Below, one piece after another: positions 8,569-9,018 of a DNA stretch of 9,018 nucleotides. A program made the translations under genes and the position numbers. The stretch covers positions 1-9,018 of the forward strand of contig JBHGNT010001399.1 of the NCBI GenBank assembly GCA_043228905.1, written 5' to 3'. The stretch comes from Azolla caroliniana. Lineage: Eukaryota; Plantae; Polypodiophyta. Position 1 is the first letter of the stretch, and each line of letters starts with the position of its first letter. Below the pieces are notes generated by a model. That model had not been told where the DNA came from. It saw only the letters and a program-made list of their open reading frames with translations, and searched no databases.

Positions 8569-9018
8569 AAGGAAATGGAATTAAAAAATCAAGATTTTGA
8601 AACTCAGGTCGAGAGACATGACGAAATTACCAAATTTGAGAAGGGAGTTCAGAGGAGCCCTTGAGTAAATTAAAATGTTCATACCTGGCGAGTGTGATAT
8701 CGGATTTTTGTGTTCAAACATGCGAATCGAAGCTAACAACGCTAGCTATGATATGGAATTAAAAAATCAAGATTTTCAAACTCAGGTCGAGAGACATGAC
8801 GAAATTACCACATTTGACGAGGGAGTTCAAAGGAGCCCTTGAGTAAATTAAAATGTTCATACCTGGCTCGTGTGATATCGGATTTTTGTATTCAAACATG
8901 CGAATCGAAGCTAACAACGCTAGCTATGATATGGAATTAAAAAATCAAGATTTTGAAACTCAGGTCGAGAGACATGACGAAATTACCAAATTTGAGGAGG
9001 GAGTTGAGAGGAACCCTT
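7890..9018. repeat. Higher-order repeat block, copy 2 (m45-m51) of 1-1129
   Basis: Matches 1-1129 at offset 7889 = 44x178+57. Confidence 0.92.

Larger units (their letters stand above)
1..9018. repeat. 178-bp tandem satellite DNA array (50 full monomers + 61-bp partial; runs off both window ends); putative centromeric/heterochromatic satellite of an unidentified eukaryote
   Basis: ACTCAGGTCGAGAGACATGACG or a close variant recurs at 1, 179, 357, 535 ... 5341 ... 6765, then 7000, 7178 ... 8958. Consensus by eye: actcaggtcgagagacatgacgaaattaccaaatttgaggagggagttgagaggagcccttgagtaaattaaaatgttcatacctggctcgtgtgatatcggatttttgtgttcaaacatgcgaatcgaagctaacaacgctagctatgatatggaattaaaaaatcaagattttgaa. All copies have the same orientation and are mostly >90% identical to consensus. 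The repeat call is direct; the centromeric role is inferred from monomer length only. Confidence 0.98.

Noticed and set aside
1-9018. CRISPR array or variable-cassette system (conserved part alternating with a variable box)
   Set aside because: The variable segments are homologous point variants of one sequence, not unique spacers. The conserved part is far longer than a CRISPR repeat, and no cas, recombinase or reverse transcriptase gene is present.

Overview
The whole 9018-bp window is one uninterrupted head-to-tail tandem satellite array with a 178-bp monomer (about 38% GC by hand count of the consensus). It holds 50 full monomers plus a 61-bp partial. Monomer n starts at 1+178(n-1) up to m39 (6765). 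m39 is 235 bp because of a single 57-bp register shift, and the 178-bp phase resumes at 7000. The monomer size is typical of eukaryotic centromeric or heterochromatic satellites. It does not resemble Arabidopsis CEN178 or primate alpha satellite as I remember them, and I cannot name the family or host. I find no credible genes, RNA genes, mobile elements or CRISPR array; the four ORFs in the track are by-products of repeat variants. The interesting content is the array's internal organisation: nested higher-order duplications (offsets 356, 534, 890, 2549 and 7889 bp), discrete monomer subtypes, chimeric monomers, a divergent island, an apparently templated multi-base mutation and near-total length conservation. 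All comparisons were made by eye, so difference counts are approximate.
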